Shown: positions 31,119 to 40,522 of the stretch, in pieces
Numbering within the stretch: position 1 is the first letter of the stretch
Layout of the letters: each line of letters starts with the position of its first letter
Assembly: GCA_947475895.1 (NCBI GenBank)
Contig: CANJMF010000006.1
Location: 17,184 to 81,183 of the forward strand
Source: Fidelibacterota bacterium
GTDB taxonomy: Bacteria; Pseudomonadota; Alphaproteobacteria; Rhodospirillales; Rhodospirillaceae
Direction of reading: 5' to 3'
Length of the DNA stretch: 64,000 nucleotides
Program-made: the position numbers and the translations under genes
The notes under the pieces: generated by a model
Seen by the model: only the letters and a program-made list of their open reading frames with translations
Told to the model about the DNA's origin: nothing
The model's database searches: none

Positions 31119-33821
31119 ATGCAAGTCGTCATCGTAGAGTCTCCAGCTAAAGCGAAGACCATCAATAAGTACCTTGGCGACGGCTATAAGGTGCTGGCCT
31201 CCTACGGTCACATCCGCGATCTGCCGCCCAAAGACGGTTCGGTCCGCCCCGACGAAGACTTCGCCATGACCTGGGCGGTCGATGACTCGTCGCAAAAGCA
31301 CCTGAAAGAAATTATCAGCGCCTTGAAGGGCGCCGACGGCCTGATCCTCGCAACCGACCCTGACCGCGAGGGCGAAGCGATCTCCTGGCACGTCATGGAC
31401 GAACTTGAGCGCCAGAAGGCCATCACCGGCAAGACGGTGAAGCGCGTGACCTTTAACGCCATCACCAAATCGGCCGTGCTCGATGCCATGGCCCATCCGC
31501 GCGATCTGGACCGCGAGTTGGTCGACGCTTACCTGGCGCGCCGTGCGCTGGACTACCTCGTGGGGTTCACACTCTCGCCTGTGCTGTGGCGCAAGCTGCC
31601 AGGTTCGAAGTCCGCCGGGCGCGTGCAATCAGTCGCCTTGCGCATGATCTGCGACCGCGAACTGGAAATCGAAAAATTCAAAGCCGACGAATATTGGACG
31701 GTCAGCGCCGACATGGCCACGACCGCCAGCGAGAAATTCGCCGCCCGCCTCACCCACTTTGAAGGCAATAAGCTCGACAAGTTCGATCTGAGCGACGGCG
31801 CGAAAGCTGAACGCGCGGCGGCTGCCGTACGCAGCGGGACCTTCACCGTTACATCGGTGGAAAAGAAGACCAAGCAACGCCGCCCCTACGCGCCCTTCAC
31901 GACATCCACCTTGCAGCAAGACGCTTCGCGCCGCCTGTACTTCTCGGCGCGTCAGACGATGGATCTGGCGCAAAAGCTCTATGAAGGCTTCGAGATCGAA
32001 GGCGAAACGGTCGGCCTTATCACTTATATGCGTACCGATGGCGTGCAGATGGACCCGGAAGCGGTTGTCTCCGTGCGCAAGTTAATCGGCGAACGCTACG
32101 GCCAGAAATTCGTGCCGGCAGACGCCCGCGTCTATAAAAGCAAAGCGAAGAACGCACAGGAAGCGCACGAAGCCATCCGCCCGACGGATGCGCGCCGCAC
32201 GCCCGAAGACATTGCGAAGTACGTCAGCCCCGACCAACTCAAGCTGTATGAGTTGATCTGGAAGCGCACCATGGCGAGCCAGATGGAATCCGCCGTTATG
32301 GATCAGGTGTCGGTGATTTCCGCCACGTCTGACGGTCAAACGCAATTGCGCTCGAGTGGTTCGACCATTGTTTTCAAGGGCTATCTCGAAGCCTATGACG
32401 ACGTGTCCGCCAATAGCGGCGCGAAGGAAAAAGAGAAAGAAGCCTCTGAAAAGGGCGAAGACGAAGACGAGAACGAAGGCAACTTGTTGCCCGCGATGAA
32501 AGAGGGCCAAGCCCTCAACATCGCCGCCGTTACGCCGGAACAGCACTTCACCCAGCCGCCGCCGCGCTTCTCGGAAGCGAGCCTCGTGAAGGCGCTGGAA
32601 GAAAAAGGCATCGGCCGCCCGTCGACGTACGCCTCAATCATTCAAGTGTTGCAAGATCGTAAGTACGTCCGCATGGACGCGCGGCGATTCATTCCCGAAG
32701 ACCGCGGCCGTGTTGTGATCGCGTTCCTGGAAAGCTTCTTCCTGCGCTACGTCGAATACAATTTCACCGCCGAGTTGGAAGAACAGCTCGACGACGTGTC
32801 CGGCGGCCGTCGGAATTGGAAAAAAGTTCTGGCCGATTTCTGGCTGCATTTCGCCGCGGCCATCGACGGCACCAAAGACCTCACACGCACCGCCGTGATC
32901 GATGCCGTTGATGCGCTGTTGGAGCCACACCTTTTCCCGGTGCGCGCCGACGGTAGCAACCCACGCAAATGCCCGGCTTGCGCCGATGGCCGCATCGGCC
33001 TGAAGTTCGGCAAGTTCGGCTCCTTCATCGGCTGCAGCAAATATCCTGAATGCCGCTACACGCGCCCGCTCGGCGCACCCGAACCCGTCGACGGCCAAGT
33101 CATGGACGGCCCGAAAGAATTGGGTCCCGATCCCGTGACCGGCAAGATGGTGACGTTGCGCATCGGGCCCTACGGCCCCTACGTTCAACTCGGCGGCGAG
33201 ATCGCGCCGCCTCCACCTCCTCCGCCACCTGTGGACGAACCGGTAGAGTTGGATGCCAAAGGCAAGCCGAAGAAGAAGAAAAAGAAAGCCGCGCCCAAGG
33301 GCGAGAAGCCCAAACGCGCGTCTTTGCCTAAAGGCACCGCACCGCATGAAGTGGATTTGGAGCGCGCTCTGAAACTGCTGTCGCTGCCGCGTGAAATCGG
33401 CGTCGATACCGACAGCGGTGAAATGATCTTGGCTGGCATTGGCCGTTTTGGACCTTATCTTAAGGTCGGCCCGCGCTATCAGTCGTTGAAAGACGACGAC
33501 GTGCTGGAGATCGGTCTGAACCGCGCCATCGTGGTGCTTGCCGAAGGCAAAAACCGTCCGGGCCGTAAAGGCGCGACCGCTGGTAAAAACCTCGGCAATC
33601 ATCCCGAAGATGGCAAAGCCATTACAGTCAAGTCAGGGCGCTTCGGCCCCTATGTCCAACATGGCCAAGTTCGTGCCACACTGCCCAAAGACATGGATGC
33701 CGAGAGCATCAGTGTCGAGGCGGCAATAGCACTGCTGGCGGCGAAAGCTGCCAAAGGCGGCGCTGCTCCGCCGAAAGCCAAAGGCCGCGCCGCCTCATCG
33801 CGCAAGGCGGCGAGCGCCTGA
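31119..33821 (+). CDS. topA: DNA topoisomerase I
   Basis: Toprim start MQVVIVESPAKAKTINKYLG and active-site region YEGFEIEGETVGLITYMRTD. The C-terminal region has Zn-ribbon-like CxxC...C...C plus P8 and K6 tracts. Confidence 0.95.
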   Translation: MQVVIVESPAKAKTINKYLGDGYKVLASYGHIRDLPPKDGSVRPDEDFAMTWAVDDSSQKHLKEIISALKGADGLILATDPDREGEAISWHVMDELERQKAITGKTVKRVTFNAITKSAVLDAMAHPRDLDRELVDAYLARRALDYLVGFTLSPVLWRKLPGSKSAGRVQSVALRMICDRELEIEKFKADEYWTVSADMATTASEKFAARLTHFEGNKLDKFDLSDGAKAERAAAAVRSGTFTVTSVEKKTKQRRPYAPFTTSTLQQDASRRLYFSARQTMDLAQKLYEGFEIEGETVGLITYMRTDGVQMDPEAVVSVRKLIGERYGQKFVPADARVYKSKAKNAQEAHEAIRPTDARRTPEDIAKYVSPDQLKLYELIWKRTMASQMESAVMDQVSVISATSDGQTQLRSSGSTIVFKGYLEAYDDVSANSGAKEKEKEASEKGEDEDENEGNLLPAMKEGQALNIAAVTPEQHFTQPPPRFSEASLVKALEEKGIGRPSTYASIIQVLQDRKYVRMDARRFIPEDRGRVVIAFLESFFLRYVEYNFTAELEEQLDDVSGGRRNWKKVLADFWLHFAAAIDGTKDLTRTAVIDAVDALLEPHLFPVRADGSNPRKCPACADGRIGLKFGKFGSFIGCSKYPECRYTRPLGAPEPVDGQVMDGPKELGPDPVTGKMVTLRIGPYGPYVQLGGEIAPPPPPPPPVDEPVELDAKGKPKKKKKKAAPKGEKPKRASLPKGTAPHEVDLERALKLLSLPREIGVDTDSGEMILAGIGRFGPYLKVGPRYQSLKDDDVLEIGLNRAIVVLAEGKNRPGRKGATAGKNLGNHPEDGKAITVKSGRFGPYVQHGQVRATLPKDMDAESISVEAAIALLAAKAAKGGAAPPKAKGRAASSRKAASA

Positions 33822-34037
33822 TACATTTTGCGCTCATTCTAAAACTGGAGTCCTACCGTTAAAAATTCCAAGACACCGCGTCCCGCTGCTCTTCCGAGCC
33901 GGGACGAGATTCTGAAATTCATCCGCGAATCAGATCAACAAGTCGGCAAGCGCGAAATCGCGCGCGCCTTTGGCCTCGAAGGCCCTCAGAAAATCGCGCT
34001 CAAAGCGCTTCTTAAAAACATTACCGCCGATGGCGAG

Positions 34038-36143
34038 GTGGTTAAAGGCCACAAGCAGCGCGTTGGCATGCGCAGTTTCCTACCAAACACCGAAGTCATC
34101 GACATCACCCACACCGACAAGGACGGCGACTTGTTCGCCAGGCCGACGAAGTGGGAATCGGACGCACCGCCGCCGAAAATTCTTGTGATCCAAGAAAAGC
34201 AGCGCGGCCCCCGCAAGAAACATGATCGCAAACTCACTGTGGGCGTGGGCGACCGGATTCTCGCGCGCATCAAACCCGCCGGCGACGATGCTTACGAGGC
34301 CCGCCCGATCAAAGTGCTCGCTGCTGCGCCGACCAAAGTCGTGGGCGTTTATGAACCCAATAGCGACGGCAAAGGCGGCCACTTGCGCCCCGTCGACAAA
34401 CGTTATCGCTCGGAGGTCCTGATCGCGGCACATGATGCACGCGACGCCAAACGCGGCGACCTGGTGTCGGTCGAAATTTATGGCGGAGCGAAATACGGCC
34501 CCGAGAAAGGCCGCGTGCTCGAAACGCTCGGCCAAATAGACGCGAGCAAAAACCTCAGCCTCATCGCCATCAAGACTCAAGGAATCCCCGACGTCTTCAG
34601 CGAGGCAGCGCTTGAACAAGCTGCGAAATCCGTCGGCGCACCGTTAGGCAACCGCGTGGATTTGCGAAACGTGCCGCTCATCACCATCGACGGTGAGGAT
34701 GCGCGCGACTTTGACGACGCCGTTTGGGCCGAGCCTGATACTGATCCCGCCAACGAAGGCGGCTGGCACGTGCTCGTCGCCATTGCCGACGTGGCTTGGT
34801 ATGTGCGCGATCGCGATGCGTTGGATCGCGACGCTTATATTCGCGGCAACTCTGTTTATTTCCCCGATCGCGTCGTGCCGATGCTGCCGGAAGAATTGTC
34901 AAACGGCTGGTGTTCGTTGAAACCGAACGAAGACCGGCCCTGCCTCGCCGCGCACATGTGGATTACGGCAGAAGGTAAACTGATCCGCCACAAAATCATT
35001 CGTGGGCTTATGAAATCCGCAGCGCGGCTGACCTACAACCAGGTGCAGGCCGCGAAAGATGGTCATCCCGACGACATGACCAAGCCGCTCGTGGAAACGG
35101 TGATCGCGCCGCTGTATGGCGCCTATGCATCATTTCTGCGCGCGCGCGAAAAACGCGGCACGCTCGAGCTTGATTTGGTCGAACGCAAGATCATCGTCGA
35201 TCGCGAGACCGGTGCTATTAAAGGCGTCGTTCCACGCGAGCGCTACGACAGTCATAAGTTGATTGAAGAATTCATGGTCTCTGCCAACGTGGCGGCTGCG
35301 GAAACCTTGGCTGAGTCCGCCTATCCATGCGCGTATCGGGTTCACGACAAGCCCGATCCGGAACGTGTCGACGCGTTACGCGAAGCGCTTTCCACCGTAA
35401 ATTTGAGTTTTCCCCATGCGGGGAGCGTTAAGCCACAGGACTTCAACCGCGTTCTCGGTCAGGTCCGTGGCACGCCCAATGAGAATATGGTCAATACGCT
35501 GGTACTGCGGACGCAAGCACAGGCCGTCTATAGCCCTGAAAACATCGGCCACTTTGGATTGGGGTTGAGAAAATACGCGCACTTCACCTCACCGATTCGT
35601 CGTTATTCCGATCTCCTGGTGCACCGCGCCCTTATTGCGGCGTGCAAGCTCGGTGAAGGCGGCTGGAATGAAAACCGCGATCCGGACATGGTGGACATGT
35701 GCGAATACATCTCCATGACCGAGCGGCGCGCCGCGGCAGCCGAGCGCCAAACTGTGGATCGCTTCACGGCGGCCTTCCTTGCCGACCGTACGGGTGCGGT
35801 GTTTCGTGGACGCATCAACGGCGTTAGTAGGTTTGGCGTGTTCGTCAACCTGGACGAAACCGGGGCTGACGGCATTCTCCCCATGCGTAATCTGCCCCAC
35901 GATTTTTACGAGGTGGACGAGCGCACCCATAGCGTCGTCGGCCAGCGTAAGGGCCTACGTTTGCGCGTAGGCGATATCATTGACGTTAAATTGCTGGAAA
36001 CAAACGAAATCGCCGGCAGCATAGTATTTGAATATAGCGGCAGGATCGATACTGTGAGGCCAGACAATAACGAGGCCCCACGCCCGCGCGCGCAACAGCC
36101 GCGCGGGAATCCGCGATGGGGTAAAAAACACCGCCGGAAATGA
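34038..36143 (+). CDS. rnr: ribonuclease R (annotated start probably too far downstream)
   Basis: RNB domain (IDGEDARDFDDAV...HFGL...YAHFTSPIRRYSDLLVHR) and a C-terminal S1 domain. The in-frame upstream 65 codons (33843-34037) look like the RNase R HTH domain but contain no ATG, GTG or TTG. Confidence 0.9.
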   Translation: MVKGHKQRVGMRSFLPNTEVIDITHTDKDGDLFARPTKWESDAPPPKILVIQEKQRGPRKKHDRKLTVGVGDRILARIKPAGDDAYEARPIKVLAAAPTKVVGVYEPNSDGKGGHLRPVDKRYRSEVLIAAHDARDAKRGDLVSVEIYGGAKYGPEKGRVLETLGQIDASKNLSLIAIKTQGIPDVFSEAALEQAAKSVGAPLGNRVDLRNVPLITIDGEDARDFDDAVWAEPDTDPANEGGWHVLVAIADVAWYVRDRDALDRDAYIRGNSVYFPDRVVPMLPEELSNGWCSLKPNEDRPCLAAHMWITAEGKLIRHKIIRGLMKSAARLTYNQVQAAKDGHPDDMTKPLVETVIAPLYGAYASFLRAREKRGTLELDLVERKIIVDRETGAIKGVVPRERYDSHKLIEEFMVSANVAAAETLAESAYPCAYRVHDKPDPERVDALREALSTVNLSFPHAGSVKPQDFNRVLGQVRGTPNENMVNTLVLRTQAQAVYSPENIGHFGLGLRKYAHFTSPIRRYSDLLVHRALIAACKLGEGGWNENRDPDMVDMCEYISMTERRAAAAERQTVDRFTAAFLADRTGAVFRGRINGVSRFGVFVNLDETGADGILPMRNLPHDFYEVDERTHSVVGQRKGLRLRVGDIIDVKLLETNEIAGSIVFEYSGRIDTVRPDNNEAPRPRAQQPRGNPRWGKKHRRK

Positions 36144-37705
36144 TGCACTCGCTCGTCCATCGTCTCGCCATTGCCGCCAGCGCCGGGCTTCTGCTCGCGG
36201 CGTGTGCGACACTACCGCCAAAAAACGTCCCGCATGTGTATGTGGACAACCTCGATGTCACGGCAATGCGAAGTGTTTTTCGCAAAGGGCTGGATGAAAT
36301 CAAGGCGCGCGCTTACGACGATCAAAATATCGACGACCTTTTTAAGAGTGCGGTCGCAAACTTCCCTTCGCTCGATGCAGCAGTGACCGTTACTTTCGCC
36401 AACGATCATGTAACGTTCGCGCGCGGAGATCTTACCAGCGATGTGACGATCGCCTTCGGCGACCCCACGACCCTTACGACAGGGTTCATCGACGCGGTGC
36501 TTGCCGCACGCAAAATTTCGACCCCGCTCAAAATTGCGGACGAAGAAGCCTTTTACAAAGCCGCGTTTGCGCCGATGCTAGCTAAGGTAGACTTGTATTC
36601 GCGTTACGCCACGCGCCAAGATGCGGCCCGTAATCGCCTTATCCGCGACGGTGTGATTGGGCTCGGCCTTCAAGTTGTTTCAGTGCCGGCTGGCGCCTTA
36701 GTCAATGCCATCGTTGTGGGCGGACCGGCAGATCGGGCCGGCATCAAATCCAATGACGTTATCGTCAAAGTCGATGGTACGCGCATCGCCCGGCGCTCGC
36801 TTACCGAGATGCGGGGACTTCTCGACGGATCAAACGATACGGTGGTGAATTTAGAAATTCGCCGGCTCCAAGAACCCAAACCGATTTTTATTGAGGCGCG
36901 GCGCGACCTTATCGTCCCTGATACCGCGACTTATACTTTGAACGACGGCATCGCCGAACTACATGTTCGTGGTTTCAATCAGCGCACAGGCAGGGCCGTT
37001 AGCCGCGCTATCACCGAAGCCCGTGTCGCAAATGGCGGAAGTCTTAAGGGCATCATCCTCGATTTACGGACAGACCCAGGTGGGCTTCTTGATCAGGCGG
37101 TCGAAATGGCCGACCTCTTCTTGGACAGCGGCGTCATCGCAGTTCTCAAAGGACGCCATCCCGGCGCACAGCAGTTCTACGCCGCACACCGCGGCGACAT
37201 CTCGGACGGCGCGCCAATCGTGATCATTGTTGATGGCCGAACGGCGTCGGCGGCCGAAATCGTCGCTGCGGCGCTGCAGGATAACGGCCGCGCATTGGTG
37301 GTCGGCACAGAAAGCTTAGGCAAAGGATCGGTGCAGACCGTGGTGAGACTTCCCAATGGCGGCGAGTTGTCCGTCACCTGGGCCCACGTTACGACCGCGC
37401 GCGGCACGTTGCTTCATGGCCTCGGAATTCTGCCGGATCTATGCTTGGCTGGTGACGGCATCTCCATTCAAGGCATATCTCAAGAAACCATCGCCGGCCT
37501 ACTGCTGCCCGCCGAAACCCGCCATCAATGGGTCGTTGCCGGGCCTGACGAGGCCGTACGCAAGGATTTGCGCACCGCCTGCCCTGCTCAGGCCAATCCG
37601 GAGCGTGCCGCGGAGACTGACCTCGCCCACCTCTTGTTGAGCGATCGCGCGCTTATGGCGCAAGTTACGGTCGGCGGCAGCCCTCAGTTAGCGGTAAAGC
37701 CTTGA
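36140..37705 (+). CDS. S41 family (C-terminal processing) peptidase lipoprotein
   Basis: Lipobox LLLAACA, a PDZ domain (GLQVVSVPAGALVNAIVVGGPADRAGIKSNDVIVKVDG), and Ser/Lys blocks (DGRTASAAEIVAAALQD, SLGKGSVQ). ATGA overlap with rnr. Confidence 0.8.
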   Translation: MMHSLVHRLAIAASAGLLLAACATLPPKNVPHVYVDNLDVTAMRSVFRKGLDEIKARAYDDQNIDDLFKSAVANFPSLDAAVTVTFANDHVTFARGDLTSDVTIAFGDPTTLTTGFIDAVLAARKISTPLKIADEEAFYKAAFAPMLAKVDLYSRYATRQDAARNRLIRDGVIGLGLQVVSVPAGALVNAIVVGGPADRAGIKSNDVIVKVDGTRIARRSLTEMRGLLDGSNDTVVNLEIRRLQEPKPIFIEARRDLIVPDTATYTLNDGIAELHVRGFNQRTGRAVSRAITEARVANGGSLKGIILDLRTDPGGLLDQAVEMADLFLDSGVIAVLKGRHPGAQQFYAAHRGDISDGAPIVIIVDGRTASAAEIVAAALQDNGRALVVGTESLGKGSVQTVVRLPNGGELSVTWAHVTTARGTLLHGLGILPDLCLAGDGISIQGISQETIAGLLLPAETRHQWVVAGPDEAVRKDLRTACPAQANPERAAETDLAHLLLSDRALMAQVTVGGSPQLAVKP

Positions 37706-37736
37706 TTAGATAGAGATTTGTCGCCGGGGGCGAACC

Positions 37737-37764
37737 TTGACACCCTGGCTGTACGGTGTATTGT
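37737..37764 (+). promoter_or_regulatory. sigma-70-like promoter candidate for rpmG (TTGACA-N16-TATTGT)
   Basis: TTGACA at 37737-37742 and TATTGT at 37759-37764, 30 nt upstream of the rpmG ATG. Confidence 0.45.
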
Positions 37765-37793
37765 CCGCCGCTCATTTTCAGGGATAGCGACCT

Positions 37794-37961
37794 ATGGCGA
37801 AGCCAGCGACGATTCAGATCAAATTGGAAAGCACCGCGGACACCGGGTACTTCTACATCACCAAGAAGAACCCCCGCACCAAGACCGAAAAGCTGGAATT
37901 CAAAAAGTATGATCCGGTTGTGCGAAAGCACGTTGTCTTCAAAGAAGGCAAAATCAAATAA
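37794..37961 (+). CDS. rpmG: 50S ribosomal protein L33
   Basis: Not in the ORF track (55 aa). Manual translation gives [55 protein letters not shown], a canonical L33. Confidence 0.92.
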   Translation: MAKPATIQIKLESTADTGYFYITKKNPRTKTEKLEFKKYDPVVRKHVVFKEGKIK

Positions 37962-37977
37962 GGTCGCACTGACCCAA

Positions 37978-38008
37978 TAAAAAACCCGCCGAACCGGCGG
38001 GTTTTTTT
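37978..38008. terminator. bidirectional rho-independent terminator between rpmG and divK
   Basis: An A-tract, then stem CCCGCCG / CGGCGGG (37985-37991 / 37995-38001) with loop AAC, then T7 (38002-38008). Confidence 0.85.
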
Positions 38009-38026
38009 ATGCCCGGCTGTGATTGC

Positions 38027-38407
38027 CTATTGAGCTGCCTGCGGCTCTAGGAAACGTGAAACAGTCTGTAGGAAGCTCGTGACGGAAATAGGTTTGGCGA
38101 TATAGCCATCGCAGCCGCCGTTACGGATTTTCTGCTCGTCGCCCTTCATGGCGAATGCGGTAACGGCCACGACCGGAATGCCGCACAGGTCATCGTCAGC
38201 TTTCAGCATTTTCGTAATTTCGAGGCCGGAAATTTCCGGCAGCTGTATATCCATCAAAATCAAGTCTGGACGGTTCTTGCGCGTTACGTCGATTACCACG
38301 CGCCCATCCTTCACTTGCAGCGTGTTGTAGCCATGCGCTTGAAGAAGATCGTTGAACAACTTCATGTTCAACTCATTGTCTTCAACGATCAGAATTGTCT
38401 TCGACAT
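38027..38407 (-). CDS. divK: single-domain response regulator DivK
   Basis: [27 protein letters not shown]...[22 protein letters not shown]...[15 protein letters not shown]...GYIAKPISV is near-collinear with Caulobacter DivK as I remember it. The start is taken at MSK (38407). Confidence 0.85.
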   Translation of the reverse strand: MSKTILIVEDNELNMKLFNDLLQAHGYNTLQVKDGRVVIDVTRKNRPDLILMDIQLPEISGLEITKMLKADDDLCGIPVVAVTAFAMKGDEQKIRNGGCDGYIAKPISVTSFLQTVSRFLEPQAAQ

Positions 38408-38546
38408 CGTGCTTCCATCGCATTGCGAAGTTTGCATTTCCAAAGCGATAAGCGGGGATGCGTGCACCCCACATGCTTTCGAGTCAAACCCAAGGTAGCG
38501 GTTTCATCCCAATGGTTCAAGCCACGCAAACGCAATGCATTCACGA

Positions 38547-38577
38547 GTAACTGATTGTTACTTAAGAATTATTCTTA
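38547..38577. promoter_or_regulatory. two adjacent palindromes upstream of divK: GTAAC-N5-GTTAC and TAAGAAT-T-ATTCTTA
   Basis: GTAAC 38547-38551 / GTTAC 38557-38561, and a 7+7 inverted repeat at 38563-38577. They lie in an AT-rich patch 140-170 nt upstream of the divK start. Confidence 0.35.
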
Positions 38578-38857
38578 CGTGCAACGCCGTTGCGAGCGGC
38601 CACCACGTTTTGCGCCAGCTATAGCGCATTACGGGCGGGGTTGATGATTTGACGAGGTGGTCTGCTCGCGGACGAAAGCCTCCCGAACACGGCCTTCAAT
38701 CTTGCGGTAACGGTAAAGGTGAGTGCGTAAAACTAACTAACCCATAGGCGTAGCCGGGGGCATGCGCCAAGCCGGTGTGCGTCTAGGCTATAGCAGTTAA
38801 AGTAAGGCGCCGCCGCGTTCTCGTATGAACTTCGATTTTCAAAGGGGGATTGATTCG

Positions 38858-40294
38858 ATGAGCGCACACATTCATCAGCCTCAGCGTGACCGAAATCTTC
38901 GCACATGGCGCGTTGCCCCGCTCGCGTTCGCCGCGATGTTGGCCTGGTCGCCGACCAAGGCCGAAACACAGCCGACGTTTACGGAGTTCAAAGGAACGAC
39001 GCCCGTTCGGGAAACCACGTTTGCGATGCGCGTGCCGACCAACTGGAATGGGACCGTCATCAGCGACCTGGACTTTGCCTCAGCGACCGGCGCGAGAGCG
39101 ACTCTGTTCATGTACCTCTTGGATAAGGGTTACGCGACGGTTGGCATGGCGCGCCGCGCCGACCGCGCGCTCCATTATGATTCGTCTCGTGAAATCACCG
39201 ACGCAATAACCGTCCTCGACATCTTTGAAACCAAATTTGGGAAACCAAAACGGGTTATTCAGATGGGCATTTCCGGCGGCGGCCATTTGGCTCTGCTCAT
39301 GGCTGAAAATCAGCCAAATAGGATAGACGGCGCTATCGCGGAGTGCGCCCATGGTCCCATTTGGCAAGCAAATTCAGATATGGACCTTTGGTTCTCGCTC
39401 CGTGCGCTGCTGGGTCGGAATGACCTTGTCGTAGCGAACTTGCCCCTGGATACGAAGCAGGTCGTCGCGGACTGGAAGCTCGCACTTCAGAATGCGCAGG
39501 CGACACCCGAAGGGCGCGCGCGCATCGCGCTCGCCTATACGATCGCGCAATATCCGACATGGGTGGACCCGTCAGGGGCGGTGACACCAGCACGTCCCGA
39601 GCCGAATGTGCACGACTCTGTCGCGCTCGAGAAGGATATGTACGAAGGTATTCTTGGGTCGCTCGCGATGCAGTTCGCCCCGCTGCGTCTCATGTACGAG
39701 CAGGCTACGCCAGGGGGTTTATCGTGGAACACAGATGTTGATTACCGTGCGTTCTACAAAAACGCCGATCCACTTCAGAAAAGTGCGGTTGACGCTTTGT
39801 ATAAAGCGGCGGGTCTCAAAGTGGCGAAGGATATTTCCACGATCAATGAGTCCCCGCGCGTGAAGGCGGATCCCAAGGCGCTCAAATTCTGGAGCTCGCC
39901 CGGCCGGATGTATGTTGGAAAGCCCAAGGTGCCGGTTATGCGGATCCATACCAGCGGCGACCCCTTGGCTCTTTCGACGTTGGTCCAGGGTTACGACGCG
40001 GCTGTGAAGCGCAATGGGTTTGAGGCGCTGTATCGCACGGCGTTTGTTCACAACGCCGGTCATTGTTCCTTCAGCGTCGCAGAGGCAGCTGCGGCCGTTG
40101 AGACCATCCAGCGTCGCCTCGATACGGGAGTCTGGGGCAGAACCGATCCCGAGGCTATGAATGCGCTGGCGGTGTCGCTGGTGCCCAACGACCCTGCGCG
40201 CTTTTTCCAATTCAATCAGCTTGTTTATAACCGCGCTTGGTTTGCATCCGTGCCCGACTATCTCTCAGGCGGTTCAGGCGAACGCGACCGGTGA
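38858..40294 (+). CDS. exported alpha/beta-hydrolase-like protein
   Basis: Signal-like WRVAPLAFAAMLAWSPTKAE. Nucleophile elbow GISGGGH, then later SGDP and NAGHCSF, in Ser-Asp-His order. The start is taken at the ATG at 38858, preceded by AGGGGGA. The specific function is unknown. Confidence 0.6.
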   Translation: MSAHIHQPQRDRNLRTWRVAPLAFAAMLAWSPTKAETQPTFTEFKGTTPVRETTFAMRVPTNWNGTVISDLDFASATGARATLFMYLLDKGYATVGMARRADRALHYDSSREITDAITVLDIFETKFGKPKRVIQMGISGGGHLALLMAENQPNRIDGAIAECAHGPIWQANSDMDLWFSLRALLGRNDLVVANLPLDTKQVVADWKLALQNAQATPEGRARIALAYTIAQYPTWVDPSGAVTPARPEPNVHDSVALEKDMYEGILGSLAMQFAPLRLMYEQATPGGLSWNTDVDYRAFYKNADPLQKSAVDALYKAAGLKVAKDISTINESPRVKADPKALKFWSSPGRMYVGKPKVPVMRIHTSGDPLALSTLVQGYDAAVKRNGFEALYRTAFVHNAGHCSFSVAEAAAAVETIQRRLDTGVWGRTDPEAMNALAVSLVPNDPARFFQFNQLVYNRAWFASVPDYLSGGSGERDR

Positions 40295-40408
40295 CTAATA
40301 GCCGTGAGCGGACCATCTGACGCTATTTCAAAAGAACGCACTGAGGAGCGGCGTTGAGAGGCGTTTTATGTCCACCAAGTTCATTGGTGCGGCTCCTGCA
40401 TAAAAAAT

Positions 40409-40440
40409 GGCCCCCACCGCGAGGAGGGGGCCGCTTTTAT
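40409..40440. terminator. hairpin GGCCCCC...GGGGGCC flanked by an A-tract and a T-tract (bidirectional terminator candidate)
   Basis: AAAAAATGGCCCCCACCGCGAGGAGGGGGCCGCTTTTATTT. It could serve the hydrolase gene (+) and rpoH (-). Confidence 0.65.
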
Positions 40441-40479
40441 TTGCCCGACATCAACAATTCGTATCGGACATCACTGTAC

Positions 40480-40505
40480 CCCCCGCTCGGCTGAGCGGGG
40501 GTTTT
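40480..40505 (+). terminator. second plus-strand terminator-like hairpin (CCCCCGCTC GGCT GAGCGGGGG TTTT)
   Basis: A 9-bp GC stem with a 4-nt loop and T4. There is no T-tract in the minus orientation. Confidence 0.5.
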
Positions 40506-40522
40506 GAAGTTGATCCTACGCG

